From: Thermoproteota archaeon
GTDB taxonomy: Archaea; Thermoproteota; Thermoprotei_A; Sulfolobales; Ignisphaeraceae
Assembly (NCBI GenBank): GCA_030550585.1
Contig: JAUQPB010000003.1
Coordinates: 1 to 36,232 of the forward strand
DNA length: 36,232 bases
Direction: 5' to 3'
In this document: positions 8,164-16,894 of the stretch, piece by piece
Layout of the letters: every line of letters begins with the position of its first letter
How positions within the stretch are numbered: the first letter of the stretch is position 1
Program-made: the position numbers and the translations under genes
Notes under the pieces: model-generated
The model's input: only the letters and a program-made list of their open reading frames with translations
What the model was told of the DNA's origin: nothing
Database searches by the model: none

Positions 8164-10272
8164 TTATTTTCTTTTTATGAGCCATCCGATTGCGAATCCT
8201 ATTATGAGTAGTGCTATTGCTAGTGCTGCTGTTATTGTCCAGTTTGTTACCTCTACTGTTGATGTTGATACTGATACCGATGTTGTTGTGACTGTAGCCA
8301 CAGATGTGACTGTGGCTGTAACTGTTGCCGCTCCTACTGTTGACACTACTGTTGTTGGCACGGTTACCGTCACCGTTACTACTTGCGTTGGAGTTGTTGG
8401 CGAAGTGGTAGTTTGTGGAGATGTTGGCGTAGTTGTCGTTGGAGACGGAGACTTTGGCGATGGAGATGTTGTTACTGCTGCTCCAGCTGGTCTTAGATTG
8501 AGCAGTACTAGCAGTCCTCCGTGTTGCCACTGACCATTCCAAATTGTTGGTACTCCATACGGGTTCTTCTCGTCAGGCCATCCAGTCCAGTATTTCTCTG
8601 ATGCTAGGAACCAGTAACCGTTGTACCATAGTGGTAGTGCTGGCATCTCATCTAGTAGTATCTTCTGGATATCTCTCAGCACCTGTTTAATCTGGTCTTT
8701 CTGTAGATCTGGGTTTAGGTTGCCTAGCTGGTTTATCAGGTTTCTAAGCTGTGGATTGTCATATCTGCCTAGGTTGCCTACCCACATGCCAGGTGGCCAT
8801 CTTCCATAGGCCCAGTAGAGCAGTGTGTATGGTGATGGTGCTGCGAAGCTTCCGAAGTTGTTTATTGCTGCATCATATTCTCCACGGTCTATCTGTTGAG
8901 TATATGCACCATAGTCTGGGAACTGAGCCTCTGCATATATGCCTACAGCTCTTAGATCATCTTGAATGCTCATGGCTGCGAACATCCAGTCTGTCCAGCC
9001 GTATGGTACTATGATACTTATTCTTATTGGGCTACCATCAGGTGCTTCCCTCCATCCATCTCCATTAACGTCTTTATATCCTGCCTGATCCAGCAGAGCC
9101 TTTGCGGTGTTTGGATCGTACTTATAGCCGTACTGCTCTATTAGGTCTGTTGCTAGGTAGTCCTGCCAGTATGGCAAGAACCCTACTGGGTTAGACTTTA
9201 TAACAACTCCTCCCTCATAAGCATTTGATATCAGTTTATCAATGTTTATAGCGAAGTATAGTGCTTTTCTGAAGTTGGGGTCGTTAAATGGTTTCTTCTG
9301 GGTGTTTACGAAGAGGAATGCCACGTTTGCAGATAGGTAGTATGGGTAGTTGCTGTAGAAGGCCTTTGCCAATCCTCTCTTGACCATGTCTGGACCTCCG
9401 GGTATGTAGAAGCAGCTCCAGTCAAGCTCGCCTGCACCCAGCATGTTTGCTGCTACCTGGTTGCTGTAGACAACAACGCCCTTTATGTATTTTGGTGCCG
9501 GTAAGCTGCCTGTGAATGGATATGTTTTAACGTTTTTGCCCCACCAGTTGTCTACTCTCTCCATTATGAAGTAGTCTTGGCCAATCTCGATAAGTCTATA
9601 CATACCGCTTGCAACAATGTTCTTGAAGTCTTTGTTCGGGGCTACAACAGGCCACGCAGATGTGTCGGTAAGGTTTTTCTTGTATGTGTCTACAAGGCTC
9701 TTGAGGGCGTGCTCGGGTAGTATGGGTGCTTCATATAGCTGGTAGAAGAAGTCGCCATAGCTTGGATTAGTCTTGTTGAGGTGTATTCTAACAGTCTTAT
9801 CATCCACGACCTCTACACTAGTAATATAATTGGCCATGCCACCCCAAGCAGCTGTTGTAACAACTTTAGGCACATACTCAAAGGTGAACTTCACATCCTC
9901 TGCTGTAATTGGTTGACCATCCCACCAAGTTGCCTCAGGCCTAATCTTTATCTCAACTGTGTAGAGGTCGATCCATTTTGGCAGGTCTGCAGCTAGCCAT
10001 GGAATGAATCTCTGACCCTCGGGCTTGATGGGCACCCAGATGTATAGGGGCTCGTATATGAGTCCAACTATACCTGAGTTACCTGCTCCAGGGATGAGCG
10101 CATTCCAAACAGTTGGTGGCATTGACCAGTAGGCTCCTCCTATTATAAGCGTCTGTTCCCTGGGATACGCTTGTGCCTGTACCATAGGCACTAGATGTGC
10201 AATTGGTATGAGTAATAACATTGCTAATGTTACAACAATTGCTGATTTTATAGTTTTCTTGGTTATAGACAT
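8164..10272 (-). CDS. Family 5 extracellular solute-binding protein (likely oligosaccharide-binding) with S/T/P linker and C-terminal TM anchor
   Basis: Signal peptide; WWDGQPITAEDVKFTF; PFNDPNFRKAL; DVNGDGWRE; VPYGWTDW; Thr/Pro-rich linker then a hydrophobic tail ending KRK. Start moved to ATG 10272 (GGTG RBS). Confidence 0.9.
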   Translation of the reverse strand: MSITKKTIKSAIVVTLAMLLLIPIAHLVPMVQAQAYPREQTLIIGGAYWSMPPTVWNALIPGAGNSGIVGLIYEPLYIWVPIKPEGQRFIPWLAADLPKWIDLYTVEIKIRPEATWWDGQPITAEDVKFTFEYVPKVVTTAAWGGMANYITSVEVVDDKTVRIHLNKTNPSYGDFFYQLYEAPILPEHALKSLVDTYKKNLTDTSAWPVVAPNKDFKNIVASGMYRLIEIGQDYFIMERVDNWWGKNVKTYPFTGSLPAPKYIKGVVVYSNQVAANMLGAGELDWSCFYIPGGPDMVKRGLAKAFYSNYPYYLSANVAFLFVNTQKKPFNDPNFRKALYFAINIDKLISNAYEGGVVIKSNPVGFLPYWQDYLATDLIEQYGYKYDPNTAKALLDQAGYKDVNGDGWREAPDGSPIRISIIVPYGWTDWMFAAMSIQDDLRAVGIYAEAQFPDYGAYTQQIDRGEYDAAINNFGSFAAPSPYTLLYWAYGRWPPGMWVGNLGRYDNPQLRNLINQLGNLNPDLQKDQIKQVLRDIQKILLDEMPALPLWYNGYWFLASEKYWTGWPDEKNPYGVPTIWNGQWQHGGLLVLLNLRPAGAAVTTSPSPKSPSPTTTTPTSPQTTTSPTTPTQVVTVTVTVPTTVVSTVGAATVTATVTSVATVTTTSVSVSTSTVEVTNWTITAALAIALLIIGFAIGWLIKRK

Positions 10273-10313
10273 ATTTACACCTGCTCTATCTATTTTAATC
10301 CCCATGGATGGGG

Positions 10314-10328
10314 TATATAAGCTTTTCA
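10314..10328 (-). promoter_or_regulatory. BRE/TATA promoter of the SBP/ABC operon
   Basis: Minus strand GAAAAGCTTATATA about 45 nt upstream of ATG 10272. Confidence 0.6.
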
Positions 10329-10395
10329 CATTTTAACTCGCAATTCCACTAGGTGTTTATAGAACTGCAACGTATTTCCTAGTTTCAAGAGACTA

Positions 10396-10760
10396 CTATA
10401 TTTTTGCTTGCAATCTTTTAGAGGCTTCCTTATACTGGGTCTAGAAATGCAAAGTCTTTTACTATGCTTAGCTTCTCTATCTAGGCAGTGTCGACTTTGG
10501 CAGGACAACACTATAGTGCTCAGCTATGAAGTCTCTAGCGCTACTCCAGCTTCTGCATCTTGAGGCTATTGCTTTGAGAACAGCTTTCTCTCTATCACTA
10601 AGCTAGTCAAGCTCTTGAAGAACTGTCCCTACAGATATTCTCTTTATGTAGCTGAAGTCTCTAATACCATCGAAGAAGCTTATTGCCTTTTCCATAGCCT
10701 CTCTGGGTTTCCACCCTCTTCTTCAATCCTTTGACTAGAAACTATTTGGAGAGCTTATTG
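10396..10760 (-). pseudogene. Degraded C-terminal part of an archaeal ATPase (AAA+/STAND-like with wHTH tail)
   Basis: Manual translation across stops and frameshifts: FLVKGL.. / GWKPREAMEKAISFFDGI..TVLQELD*LSDREKAVLKAIASRCRSWSSARDFIAEHYSVVLPKSTL / IEKLSIVKDFAFLDPV / EASKRL. This matches the characteristic C-terminus of crenarchaeal archaeal-ATPase proteins. Confidence 0.7.
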
Positions 10761-10867
10761 CTAGAGGATGAGAGATTGTGAGCAGCTAGACCTCTATACA
10801 GGGTTTGAAAGAAAGTCGTTCTAGCTGGCATCTACATTGCTTTGAGGAGAGCTGATCTAGGCCTGCT

Positions 10868-11113
10868 CTACTCTTCGAAGATCTTCTTATATAGTTCGTT
10901 GAACAGCTCTATATATTCTTGTCCCTTGTCCGTCGTCATGTACTCATTCCCTTGTTTGATTAGAAGCCCTTTTCTCACTAACATTTCTATATATCTCTTG
11001 GCTGTCTTTGTGTTTAGGTTGCAAGCTAGCAATATTTGCGACAATTTTCTGGGGGTTCTACAGTATGTTAGTATATCCCAGATAATCTCGTAGATGCTCC
11101 GCCTCGGCTTCAT
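10868..11113 (-). CDS. Winged helix-turn-helix regulator (COG3432/HTH_45-like)
   Basis: RRSIYEIIWDIL..LSQILLACNLNTKTAKRYIEMLVRKGLL..YMTTDKG. Start moved to ATG 11113. Confidence 0.85.
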   Translation of the reverse strand: MKPRRSIYEIIWDILTYCRTPRKLSQILLACNLNTKTAKRYIEMLVRKGLLIKQGNEYMTTDKGQEYIELFNELYKKIFEE

Positions 11114-11144
11114 TCCTATCACATGCAATATCATTTTTATGGGG

Positions 11145-11729
11145 CTACTTGATGGACTTTGAAAGCACATTTTCTATCTGTTTAACTCTCACCAGCATTC
11201 TGAAAATAGTTCTTCTCTCGAGGTATAGATCTAGAACACCATAGCCAAGATATATGATGGCCACAACAAATCTAAACAAGATTACACCTATCCCCCCGCT
11301 AACACCCTCTTTCACAGCCAGTACTATTAGTGCTATAAGCACAGCACCCGTTATTGTTAGCACTATCCCCACTAAGACTATGTACCAGCGATAGCCCCTA
11401 TAAAGCGATATTACATCTTTTATAAGGCAAATCGTCTCCTCCTCATCAAGCCCACGTATTCTATTATAAGGAGAGGGTAAAAGCCCATACCTCCTTAGAA
11501 TACGCAGGATATTGTAGATTAGTGTAGCTGAAATCAGGAGCCCCACAACACCAAAGAGAGCCAACAATATATTGAATAAAAAATTGGTGATACCAGTGGT
11601 CATCAGGGACCCCCTAACAGAGCTACCTACTATTGAGGCTGAAAGGCCAAGCAAAACTGATGAGGCGACAAACCAGATAGACAAACCGTCAATAGCTTTC
11701 TTGGCTACCGACCCCCCGTTTCCAGCCAC
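11145..11729 (-). CDS. Hypothetical membrane protein (about 4 TM)
   Basis: Four hydrophobic segments; start moved to GTG 11729 (GGTG RBS); lies just upstream of the wHTH gene. Confidence 0.7.
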   Translation of the reverse strand: MAGNGGSVAKKAIDGLSIWFVASSVLLGLSASIVGSSVRGSLMTTGITNFLFNILLALFGVVGLLISATLIYNILRILRRYGLLPSPYNRIRGLDEEETICLIKDVISLYRGYRWYIVLVGIVLTITGAVLIALIVLAVKEGVSGGIGVILFRFVVAIIYLGYGVLDLYLERRTIFRMLVRVKQIENVLSKSIK

Positions 11730-12050
11730 TGCAAACACCACTAACACATAGATGCAACACCCATCTAAAACCATTGTGTATTCCAGATTCGAAAAACTTA
11801 TAAACAAGAAATGTAAGCCAAGCTGTGGCCAGAGCCCATAGACACTATATTCTTTAAAGAAATGCCAATGGGTGAGAAGCAACGAACACAATGCTTTACA
11901 TCTATATATGGCTTGGCATACCTTCTAACGCCCAAGCTTGTAGATTCTGCCTGGGGCAACCTCCATTATCTAGCCAAGGGCCTCTAGCGAAATCCTACTG
12001 CAACAGGCTCTAATCTCCTTAAAGCAATATACAGTAACAGTTGAGAATGC

Positions 12051-12224
12051 GTGGCTAAAGCTATACGTATACGCTATGAGAATGGCGTCTTAAGACCTTT
12101 AGAGCTTGTAGACCTGGTCAATGGAAAGGAGATAGTGGTTTTCATCCACAAGAAAATGGTGAGAAAAGTTCCCGATGAATACGTTGGGATCTTTGGAGAG
12201 GCTAGTGTTGAAGAGTTGAGGTAG
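12051..12224 (+). CDS. AF2212-like (DUF104) antitoxin, orphan and possibly decaying (not in ORF track)
   Basis: GTG start: MAKAIRIRYENGVLRPLELVDLVNGKEIVVFI..., with the YENGVLRPL hallmark. Ends in TAG TAG, after which the frame reads EEEARD. Confidence 0.75.
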   Translation: MAKAIRIRYENGVLRPLELVDLVNGKEIVVFIHKKMVRKVPDEYVGIFGEASVEELR

Positions 12225-12266
12225 TAGGAGGAAGAGGCTAGAGATATGCAGAGGTTTTCTATTGTT

Positions 12267-12345
12267 TGGTGCGGCGGCCGGGATTTGAACCCGGGATCTC
12301 CGGCTTGGGAGGCCGGCGTCCTAGACCAGGCTAGACGACCGCCGC
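12267..12345 (-). tRNA. tRNA-Gly(CCC), intronless, CCA encoded
   Basis: GCGGCGG/CCGCCGC acceptor stem; anticodon arm CCGGC-CTCCCAA-GCCGG; T-loop GTTCAAATC; 3' ACCA. Confidence 0.97.
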
Positions 12346-12448
12346 TAGATAGAGTTTGTTTGTGGTGTGGGTTTTTTATTTTTAGTTGTTTCTTTTTATG
12401 TTTGCTTATTTTTGTTTTCTTTTCTGTTTCTGTTTTTGCTGGTGTTTT

Positions 12449-13333
12449 GTGTTGGGCTCTAGGTTTTTGTATTATGCTTTGCTTGTTGTTGCAACTGTTT
12501 TGTGGGGTAGCTCGTTTGTTTTTATCAAGTTTTCTGTTGAGAGTGTTTCTGGTTTTGGCTATACCTTCTATAGGATGTTGTTTGCTGTTGCTCTGCTTAC
12601 CCCTGTTGTTTTGCTGAGGTTTTCTAGGGGTTTGTTTGATTACAGGGGTTTTGTGGGGGGTTTGGCTGTTGGCATGACTTATATGCTTGGTCTTCTTCTC
12701 CAGGGTATTGGAACGAGATACACACTCCCATCTACAAGCGCTTTTATCACCGGTTTGAATACTGTTCATGTCCATGCCTATTGCGCTTTTGTTGAGAGGA
12801 GCTACAGCCTCGATCTCTTGGCCTCTCTTCTAATGGCTTTGGCCGGCCTATACATGGTTACAGCTCCTAGCGGCGGTTTTGGCTTTGGCGAGGCAATGGT
12901 CTTTGCAGGCTCTATTGCATGGGGCGCTCAAATAGTTCTTGTGTCTAGATATGGCAGGGTTGCTAAAAGCTACACAGATTTTCTCTACGGCATGTTCCTA
13001 CCATCTTTGGCTCTAGCACCATATGCTCTAGTAGTCGACAACCCCAGGTCAATAGGTTTGGGCACATGGCTATACATAGCATATCTTGCTGTGGCATGCT
13101 CTGTTGCAGCCTCGTATCTACAGGTAATTGGGCAAAAGCATGTTAACCCAGCTATAGCCTCTATAATATATCTTCTCGAGCCCTTCTTCGCACTGATATT
13201 CTCCATATTCATATATGGCGAGAAAGCAGATCCTGTTAGAGTTGTTGGCGGGGCTCTAATAATGCTTGCAATATTCGTTTCTGCGAGGGGTGGTGCAAAG
13301 AGTAGTGGCGCTGGCTCGGCATGTAGCTGGTGA
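12449..13333 (+). CDS. DMT/EamA family transporter
   Basis: LWGSSFVFIK, SAFITGL, ASIIYLLEPFFA; about 10 TM. Start moved to GTG 12449 (or TTG 12452). Confidence 0.88.
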   Translation: MLGSRFLYYALLVVATVLWGSSFVFIKFSVESVSGFGYTFYRMLFAVALLTPVVLLRFSRGLFDYRGFVGGLAVGMTYMLGLLLQGIGTRYTLPSTSAFITGLNTVHVHAYCAFVERSYSLDLLASLLMALAGLYMVTAPSGGFGFGEAMVFAGSIAWGAQIVLVSRYGRVAKSYTDFLYGMFLPSLALAPYALVVDNPRSIGLGTWLYIAYLAVACSVAASYLQVIGQKHVNPAIASIIYLLEPFFALIFSIFIYGEKADPVRVVGGALIMLAIFVSARGGAKSSGAGSACSW

Positions 13334-13338
13334 TACGC

Positions 13339-14553
13339 TCAAAGAACCTTTATAGAGCTTTTCTCAAGCTCTTTTCTAAGCTCCTCAACAACCCTCTGCT
13401 CAGGTGCTTCAAAAACTATCTCAACTGTTGCATAGCCAACTGGTGTGTATAGGCTGTATCTATCGTGTCTAATATCTATTATGTTGCATCTATATCTATA
13501 GAATATGTTTAGAGCTTTTAGAAGCTCCCCTGGAGAATCCCTCAAAACAATTCTCAGTATAGACACTCTGCCATCGCTTGCCAACCCCCTCAAAACAACT
13601 CTGTAAAGCGTTGTCAAATCTATGTTACCACCACTAACAACCAAAACAACATTCTTTCCACTGTTGTGCATATAGCCTTCCAGTAGAGCTGCTAGAGGAA
13701 GGGCTCCAGCACCCTCAACAACTATCTTGGACCTCTCCATGAGAAGGTATATAGCTCTCGCAATAGAGTCCTCGTCAACTGTGACAACATCGTCTACAAC
13801 TTCATTCATGATCTCAAAGGTTTTTTCACCAACACACTTGGTTACAACAGCATCGGCTAGAGAGGGGATTGGCTCCACCTCAACTATTCTCCCACGCTGT
13901 CTAGAGACAGAGTATTTCGGCGCATTCCTAGGCTCGACACCCACAATCCTAACCCCTGGTCTAAGCCTCTTCAAAACAGCTCCAATACCAGATATTAGTC
14001 CACCACCACCCACAGGAACAATAACAGTGTCAACAGATTGTATCTGCTCAGCAATCTCAAAACCTATTGTACCCTGCCCAGCTATAACCTCCAAATCATC
14101 GAATGGGTGGACAAACAAAGCCTTGCTCTCTTCTACAATATCCAAAGCCTTTCTATAGGCCTCGTCATATACACTACCATGCAGAACAACTCTTGCCCCA
14201 TAGCCCCTAGTGGCATTGACCTTGAAAACAGGTGTGGTCTCAGGCATAACAATAGTTGCCTCAACGCCTAGAAGAGAAGCTGCGTATGCAACCCCCTGTG
14301 CATGGTTGCCACTAGAAGCTGCGACAACACCTCTCCTCTTAGCATCATCCAAATGCCTCCAAATCTTGTAGAAAGCACCCCTAATTTTGAAAGAGCCTGT
14401 CTTCTGCATATTCTCAAGCTTCATATAAACACTGTTTCCGCTTAACCTTGAAAAGGTTCTGCTAAAGTCTAGTGGCGTTCTATGAACCCTGCCAGATAAG
14501 ACATGCAGCGCATCTCTGCTATATGTGAACACCTCATCGATTAGTCTAGACAA
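13339..14553 (-). CDS. ilvA: Threonine/serine ammonia-lyase (PLP-dependent) with C-terminal ACT domain
   Basis: KLENMQKTGSFKIRGA (PLP Lys), ASSGNHAQGVA, VPVGGGGLISG, SGGNID, ACT DSPGEL. Start moved to TTG 14553. Confidence 0.9.
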   Translation of the reverse strand: MSRLIDEVFTYSRDALHVLSGRVHRTPLDFSRTFSRLSGNSVYMKLENMQKTGSFKIRGAFYKIWRHLDDAKRRGVVAASSGNHAQGVAYAASLLGVEATIVMPETTPVFKVNATRGYGARVVLHGSVYDEAYRKALDIVEESKALFVHPFDDLEVIAGQGTIGFEIAEQIQSVDTVIVPVGGGGLISGIGAVLKRLRPGVRIVGVEPRNAPKYSVSRQRGRIVEVEPIPSLADAVVTKCVGEKTFEIMNEVVDDVVTVDEDSIARAIYLLMERSKIVVEGAGALPLAALLEGYMHNSGKNVVLVVSGGNIDLTTLYRVVLRGLASDGRVSILRIVLRDSPGELLKALNIFYRYRCNIIDIRHDRYSLYTPVGYATVEIVFEAPEQRVVEELRKELEKSSIKVL

Positions 14554-14671
14554 CGTGTAGTCCCCACAGCAAAATGCTCTTGGCGATGAAATAGAGAGAC
14601 CAAGGCTTATAAACTTTTGAAAATGGTGAAAAGGGTGGGCTAGGCTAGAAGAATTCAAAAAACCTATTTTT

Positions 14672-15451
14672 CTACTCCTCTTCTCTCTGCTGCGAAACCT
14701 CTTCATAGCTTCCTCTATACACTTTCAGAACCTTGTTGTGGTAAACCACAATACCCTTATCAGTTATCTCGAAAGGATGCCTCTTCATGCTATGGCTAGT
14801 CCCCCTCATTTTCCACACTATCAAACTTCTCTTAAGCTCCCCATTAATTTCATCCAGATCTAGCCTCACTATACCATCTGCCGCATGTTCAACCCCAGGC
14901 CCTCCAAAACCCCTTTCCGTTACAGACACTTGGCTGACTAGAAATGCTGTTACCCCCAACCCGCTTAAAACCTTCTTTATCTGCATTACAACGCCTCTCG
15001 CCATAGAGGGTCTTGTGATGTAGAGTGTTGAGACAGAGTCTATCACAGCTCTCTGTGCGTTGAGCTCCTTAACAGCATCTCTAATAACATCAACTAGATG
15101 GCCAACATCTGTTGGGTCTGGGACAACGTACTTCTCCCTCTTAGCATACTCCCCAACCCCACCGGTGAAAGCATCTACTATCTCAAACATGCCCTTCTTC
15201 TCAAACTGTGTGACATCCCATCCAAACTGCTTCATATTCTGCTTAACCTGTGCTGGATGCTCCTCGAGAACAACATATACCCCTGGCTCGCCCATCTGAA
15301 GACCATTCCAAATGAATTGCTGACTCAGTATACTCTTTCCGGTTCCAGGACCCCCGCTAATCAAAACAATGTTCCTCTTTGGTATGCCACCATACAAAAT
15401 CTCGTCAAATCCAGGTATGCCAGTCTTCACCCTTTCAGACAATGTAACCAC
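14672..15451 (-). CDS. Single-domain KaiC-like (RecA superfamily) ATPase, PH0284-like
   Basis: [16 protein letters not shown], Walker [14 protein letters not shown], Walker [29 protein letters not shown]. Confidence 0.92.
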   Translation of the reverse strand: MVTLSERVKTGIPGFDEILYGGIPKRNIVLISGGPGTGKSILSQQFIWNGLQMGEPGVYVVLEEHPAQVKQNMKQFGWDVTQFEKKGMFEIVDAFTGGVGEYAKREKYVVPDPTDVGHLVDVIRDAVKELNAQRAVIDSVSTLYITRPSMARGVVMQIKKVLSGLGVTAFLVSQVSVTERGFGGPGVEHAADGIVRLDLDEINGELKRSLIVWKMRGTSHSMKRHPFEITDKGIVVYHNKVLKVYRGSYEEVSQQREEE

Positions 15452-15495
15452 CGAAAATAGAAAGAGGTTAAAACCTTAATTAGCTTGTATTTGCT

Positions 15496-15825
15496 TCAAC
15501 TTCTAGCCACAGCCTCGACAACGACCATTTTCTCAAACACAGTTTTAATGTCGTTGATTGTCATCATCGGTGCTGTGCTAGTGCCTAGGCTATAGACAAA
15601 GTCTTTGAACATTGCCAAAGCTCTTTTGAATCTGTAGTAGAAGTCGGGTTCTATGAGACCGTACTCCATGTATGCATCGGATAGTATAGATGCTACAACA
15701 TAGCCTGTCAAACCAGTTTTGTACGCCTCCTCTACATATCCCTCCCTCCACAACGCATCCACCACATTCATAAATCCTACTAGAGTTTCTATCAACTGGG
15801 AACAGATATTGCTACAGCTATCCAA
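15496..15825 (-). CDS. Hypothetical all-alpha protein
   Basis: 109-aa ORF; GGTGA RBS; upstream TTTAAATA; co-directional with neighbours. Confidence 0.7.
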   Translation of the reverse strand: MDSCSNICSQLIETLVGFMNVVDALWREGYVEEAYKTGLTGYVVASILSDAYMEYGLIEPDFYYRFKRALAMFKDFVYSLGTSTAPMMTINDIKTVFEKMVVVEAVARS

Positions 15826-15918
15826 GATTTCACCTTTTGCTATTATAGAACATGTATTACTATTTAAATAGCGAGAGATGAGAAGGCCGATCCTGATAGA
15901 GTGTTGATTGGGTTTGAC

Positions 15919-16794
15919 CTATCCAAAAATCCACATCTTCACATTCGACAACTTTCTGTTTCCAATCTCTTTGGCAGCCCCCTCACCACAAAGCACATTT
16001 CCTCTAGAATCCTCAAACTCCATGTAAACAACATTTTTCTCAACATCTACAACAATCCTTGTTACACCATCTTGAATGTTCGCAGAGAGGTAGACTTGCT
16101 TAGCCTTTACACTTTTCGCAATATTGCCAATCCTTTTAATTATATCTTGGTAGCTGATCTCCTCGCTAACCGATTGAACAGCCCCATTCTTCACTATTGT
16201 GTAGAGTGTTAGCGGGTCTATACACTCATTTGAGATCGGCATCTCAACTTCTGCAACAACTTTCTCAACCTTAGTCTCGGCTACAACCTCTTGTCTTGCA
16301 GAACTGGGCTGAGCTTGTGCTATTGGGGTTGGTGAAGGCTGTACTTGAGTGGACTGTATCTGAGGAGTTGTTGGTGGAGGTGGGGCAGGTGCTGGTGCCG
16401 GTTCCACACGCTTTGAAGCAGCTCCTAAGCGGCTTTGAAGTAGCATTACAAGCCCTCTCTTCTCAGAGACCACACTATATGGGAAGTGGATAATATCGCG
16501 AAGTATCTCCCTCTCACCAATCTCTACAACCTCTATAGAGCCGTTGGGCACATACAAGTAGTTAGAGGCAACATGTTCGCACTCGCCTCCCTCAAACACA
16601 GACCCTCTCTCAGTAGCTCTGCAGACTTGGATAACCCCTCTGATCATCTCAATGGATATGAAAACCCTTGAAGAGGCGTCTCTATACGTTATTCTGCCTG
16701 TGAATCCCTTTGCAATATACTCTACAATAACATTTCCCAAAGCCTTTGCACTTGCATCTATCGTTGCAACTACGTTTCCGCTACTCAAAAACAT
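15919..16794 (-). CDS. Hypothetical two-domain protein with Pro/Gln linker (DUF2226/PATAN-like, tentative)
   Basis: N-terminal domain KGFTGRITY..ISIEMIRGVI..FEGGEC..IEVVE; linker PAPAPAPPPPTTPQ; C-terminal domain ending VLCGEGAAKEI..VKMW resembles the first. Confidence 0.75.
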   Translation of the reverse strand: MFLSSGNVVATIDASAKALGNVIVEYIAKGFTGRITYRDASSRVFISIEMIRGVIQVCRATERGSVFEGGECEHVASNYLYVPNGSIEVVEIGEREILRDIIHFPYSVVSEKRGLVMLLQSRLGAASKRVEPAPAPAPPPPTTPQIQSTQVQPSPTPIAQAQPSSARQEVVAETKVEKVVAEVEMPISNECIDPLTLYTIVKNGAVQSVSEEISYQDIIKRIGNIAKSVKAKQVYLSANIQDGVTRIVVDVEKNVVYMEFEDSRGNVLCGEGAAKEIGNRKLSNVKMWIFG

Positions 16795-16894
16795 TTTCTA
16801 CAGCCCAAACTCATTAGATGAAAAAGATTTATATGCTAATTTCTCATATACACTAATTGTGTTCTGAGGTATGGGAATAAAAAATTTTCATTGT

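Noticed and set aside
12074-12775. 233-aa Lys/Gln/Asn-rich minus-strand ORF, and the 123-aa plus-strand ORF 12246..12617
   Set aside because: Both span tRNA-Gly and are artefacts of the G/T skew.
14554-14706. N-terminal extension of the ammonia-lyase overlapping the KaiC gene
   Set aside because: Non-homologous sequence covering the intergenic/promoter region; TTG 14553 is the better start.
15874-15922. C/D-like boxes (AGATGA..CTGA..GTGTTGA)
   Set aside because: No terminal CTGA D box at the right spacing and no target recognised; a snoscan run would be needed.
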